From Curvularia clavata (taxonomy: Eukaryota), in assembly GCA_023920165.1 (NCBI GenBank), contig CP089278.1:1364001-1428000 (forward strand): 64,000 bases of DNA, written 5' to 3'. The notes under the pieces are model-generated. The model was not told where the DNA came from and did not search any database. It saw only the letters and a program-made list of their open reading frames with translations. The position numbers and the translations under genes are program-made. Positions 60,611 to 64,000 of this stretch are shown here, in pieces. Within the stretch, counting starts at the first letter, position 1; every line of letters starts with the position of its first letter.

Positions 60611-63600
60611 CTGTTGCTGCGGTGGTTGTGGTGGTGGATAGTTGGGAGCGCCATGGCCTTGATAAGGCTGACCCGGCCGATCCATTCGCTGCTGGAAGGT
60701 CGTGTCATTGTACCCAGGCGTAGGAAGGTCTGAGAACATCTGCCGCCGTGGAGATCGGATGGCATCGTCACCCAAGTGCGAAGTATCGTTTCGGATCTCA
60801 TGGATCGGCGAACTAGCTTCATCGAGAGCCGTGCCGAAGATGTCGGAGAAGTCGGTCAAGAAGAACGAAATCAGTGGTGCTGGAATGTTGAGCGTCGGTG
60901 CGAATACGATGCCGACGTTGCGCACAGTCATCTTGTTCACCCCTGAATTATCGACAATTTCAATGAGGAACGACGACAGATGTCTCAGCAGTTCAAAATT
61001 AGGTCGTGGCAGTTTGTGCACAAGGACATTGAAGCTCTGGATCTTCTTGGTCCGTTCATCCATGTCTAGGTAGCGTTAGTAAGTTTATCACTTTACCAAA
61101 ATCTATCAGAAACTTACCGAGAACTTTGAGGAAGTCAAGATGTAGTTCTCGAGTGAGGATGGACGCGGGCAATTCTCGCAGGTACAGCTTCAGCAACGAA
61201 GCAACTGCGTGAACGTCGTAGTATTGTCCATCCAGAAGTCGAATGTCGCCTTCATTGTTGAAGCGATCGCGCAGCCCTTTGATGACAATGTTGGACCCAC
61301 TAAGCCTAAAGATGCCTTCTTCATTGATCGCTCTCTTGGCCCGGAGGTACTCCAAGCATCGAAAGACAACAGCAGGTAAGGCGATGTTGATACCATCAGG
61401 CTGAGTGTACTCGACTGCCTCCATGAGGGGAATGCCGAAGATGCTGCGGTTCTGAGGCATCCGATGCTCGACGGGTGGTTGAATAGGAGCATTGATCTGA
61501 ACAGGTGCGAGATCAGATGAGCCACCACGGCCTCTGAAACCAAATATGCTGCGTTTTTTGTCCTTTGCAGCTGTGGGCGCGGGCGATGACCTATTGCCCC
61601 AATTCTCCATGTCCTTGATGGGAGCGCCGTTGCTTGGACCGGAGATGGCAGGATAGTGGCCTGAGCTGTCTTGTAGGAAATTTTGGTCCTTGGGCGATGG
61701 CCGCGAAGGTTTCTCTCCTAGGGCTTCCCGATGGTTGGGTCCACGGATCGGGGCCTGTGCTGCCACAGTGTCTTCGTAACTGAGACCTTGTACACGATCA
61801 TGTTCCATTACATCTGGGCTTTCTTTCCGCTGTGAGCGTGAGAACTCTTGGCTAGCCTGGTGCTTCTGAGAGCGAGTGTTGGTAGGAGCACGACCCTCGG
61901 TTGGCGATGATTCTTCCTGAATATCAACGTGTTGCAGAAGAGCTTCAACCCAGGCGTCTCGCTCCTCATCGTTCTCAGCACAAAGGACATGTCGAACTAA
62001 GCTTGAAGAGTCCTTTCGTTTAGGCTCCAAAATGAGAAAAGCATGGCGGTACTGGTTGTCTTCGGAGTCATCCTTTCGCTGCGGGGATTGTGTTGACTGC
62101 TGCTGTGACTGCTTTCCAATCTGTGCGTTCTGCAACTTGATGGTGCCAAGATGCGCGCCACCTTCGCTCTCATAGTATCGGAACTCGGGCCCATCCAAGA
62201 CGAAGAAACGTGCCTTCCAGCCTCCAAAGTTCTTACCGCGCTTGGTAAGATAACCTTCCTTGCGTTGGGACTTGGCAGCAGATACAGTGGGTCCTGAAGT
62301 AGACTCTGGGGCTAACCTATCGCCAGCTTGCGCGCCAATCACATCAGCTGACAGATATTCACAAACCACGCGCGCTGTCCTTTCGTCTGTGGGGGCTTCC
62401 AAGACATTGTCAAAGTACTGATTCAGGGCAACCCTTCGAGCATCAATCTTGGCAGGAGCATGGCCTCCGAACAGGGCACGGTCTGGAAGCTTTCCTTGAA
62501 AGTCACACAGCGATCTCAGTTGGGCGTCCAGGGCCGGCAGTGTCGCAATCGTCTTTTCTACGCGCCACAGCTGCCTGTTGTCAGACCGAGCGTAGACTGC
62601 AAGAATAAAGACTGGATCCTCCTCCTGGGGCTTTGGGGCAAGAAAACTCAGACGTGATGGCCGGAGTCGAGATGAGAATACCTTGACCTGGATAGAAGGG
62701 AGCGCGTTAGGGGGAAGCAAAAGGCCTGGGTATTGATCCGAAACAAGGCCACGGTAGACATGCTCTGCGTCGGGTACATCGTTCAAAGTGGGACTGCTTG
62801 ATGCAGAATCTGGACTGGCTTGTGCACCTGGCACTGCCAAAAGGCCTGCGGAAGATTCTTTACCGGGTTGCGCATTCCTTTGGTTCTGGTTCGCTGGTGG
62901 TGATTGGTAGGATTGAGGCGTGTTTGGTGGAAATGGGACTTGGTGCTGTCCGGGCCGTGTTGCTGACATGTTCATGATACTCGGCGACATGGGTGGTGAT
63001 GCTAGTGCCGACTTTGGATTTCTGGGCAATGGTGACCCGAGAGGTCTGTCGGTGGGACGTGGGCTGGATGGAAGGCCAGGGCTGAGGAGGGGCGAGGCAA
63101 CGCTTCGGTTGGCTACCATGGAACTATCAGAGTTGGTCGGGCTGAGCAGAGCATTCAGCGAGTTCGCAGGTGGGTGTCGGGGAGAAAGAGGAAGGCCGGA
63201 TTGAAGAGCACTAATCTGACGCGGTGAGAGAGGTACAGGGACTGGTTGGGGCTCCTCGTTGTCGGTTGTTTCAGCTGGTGCCGCCTGCTTGCTGCTGCTT
63301 TCACTACTTTTCTTTTTTGACTTGCTCCGAGCTTCCTCGTCTTTCATGTACATGGCCTCGCGTACCCTGTCATCCTCCTCGCGAGTCTTTCTCCTTCCTC
63401 GCTCGATAATGGGTATTTCATCAACTTCCAAGGTATCATCATAGTCAGAATCGACATCGTCACCATGTACTGCCTGGTGGAGGTGCGCACTGGTTGTTGC
63501 AGGTTTAGAGAGATTGAGAGGAGCTGGGGGAGCCTTGCGCAAGGGTTGAGCGGGCTTCCGGGGAGACGACTCAAACCCGTCGCCACCAATGACAGGGGTG

Positions 63601-64000
63601 GCTTGAATGAGAGATATCTCGGGAGGTTGGAGGCCGGAGTTAGATGGGGCCAAAGTTGCATCCGAGGTGTTTTGCGGTGGTGTTGTTGGGTCCGGAGCCT
63701 GTACTGATGGGGGTTGGGGGGCATTGTGGGGTTGGAGAACAGTACTATCAAGACCAAGACCTCTGCTACCAAGGCTTAGGGGTTGCACAGCGTAGTCTGT
63801 GGGCGATTGCATAGCTGACGTCGGATTCGAAGCGGTAGAATGGGAAGGCGATGTCGCTAGTTGTGAGTCTGGTATGATGTGTGGCGGTGCCGGGTGCTCT
63901 TGTGCCAAAGGCGAGGACCTGTGTTCGGCTGGTCTGGCATCGGCGGGCTTCGCAGACTCGTCGGGTCGCTCACTGGTGACGGGCGACTGGCTCGGGTCGT
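60224..64000 (-). CDS. BEM3: RhoGAP with PX-like and PH domains (Bem3-like), 5'-truncated by the window
   Basis: LWRVEK...LPDRALFGGHAPAKIDARR (PX-like), KEGYLTKRGKNFGGWKARFFVL (PH), EEGIFRLSG (Arg finger), VASLLKLYLRELP and NKMTVRNVGIVFAPTL; one intron near 61070..61117. Confidence 0.9.
60563..60619 (-). repeat. Mixed CAG/CAA repeat encoding Q19 in the RhoGAP tail
   Basis: 19 consecutive CAG/CAA codons on the minus strand. Confidence 0.9.

Noticed and set aside
1..64000. tRNA, rRNA, CRISPR arrays or prokaryotic operons
   Set aside because: None recognised by eye, and the DNA is spliceosomal-intron-containing fungal sequence. tRNAscan-SE or Infernal would be needed to exclude small RNAs.

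Overview
Eukaryotic, intron-rich DNA (GT-AG introns with CTRAY branch sites) from a filamentous ascomycete, probably Dothideomycetes/Pleosporales (inference). About 22 protein-coding genes were reconstructed by hand-splicing. I saw no rRNA, tRNA, CRISPR array or intact transposon. The left part holds the 3' end of a SERCA-type Ca-ATPase, an AT-hook protein, catabolic genes (lactate 2-monooxygenase-like enzyme, SDR, IroE-like esterase, secreted carboxylesterase, PTH11-like receptor), a HeLo-domain protein, an M50B peptidase, a sugar porter, a DUF3140 protein and two zinc-cluster transcription factors. The right part is mostly core genes (THOC5, SHPRH/Irc20-like helicase-RING, Mid2-like sensor, SOD-fold mitoribosomal protein, Ies1, Bem3-like RhoGAP) plus two proteins with HeLo-like N-termini. 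The best candidate for an undescribed system is an isolated, divergently transcribed two-gene module at about 32.0-34.6 kb. It pairs a five-exon DUF3328/UstYa oxidase with both HxxHC motifs intact and a 127-aa secreted 10-Cys protein lacking the Kex2 repeats of known fungal RiPP precursors. Family calls rest on motif recognition, not database searches.
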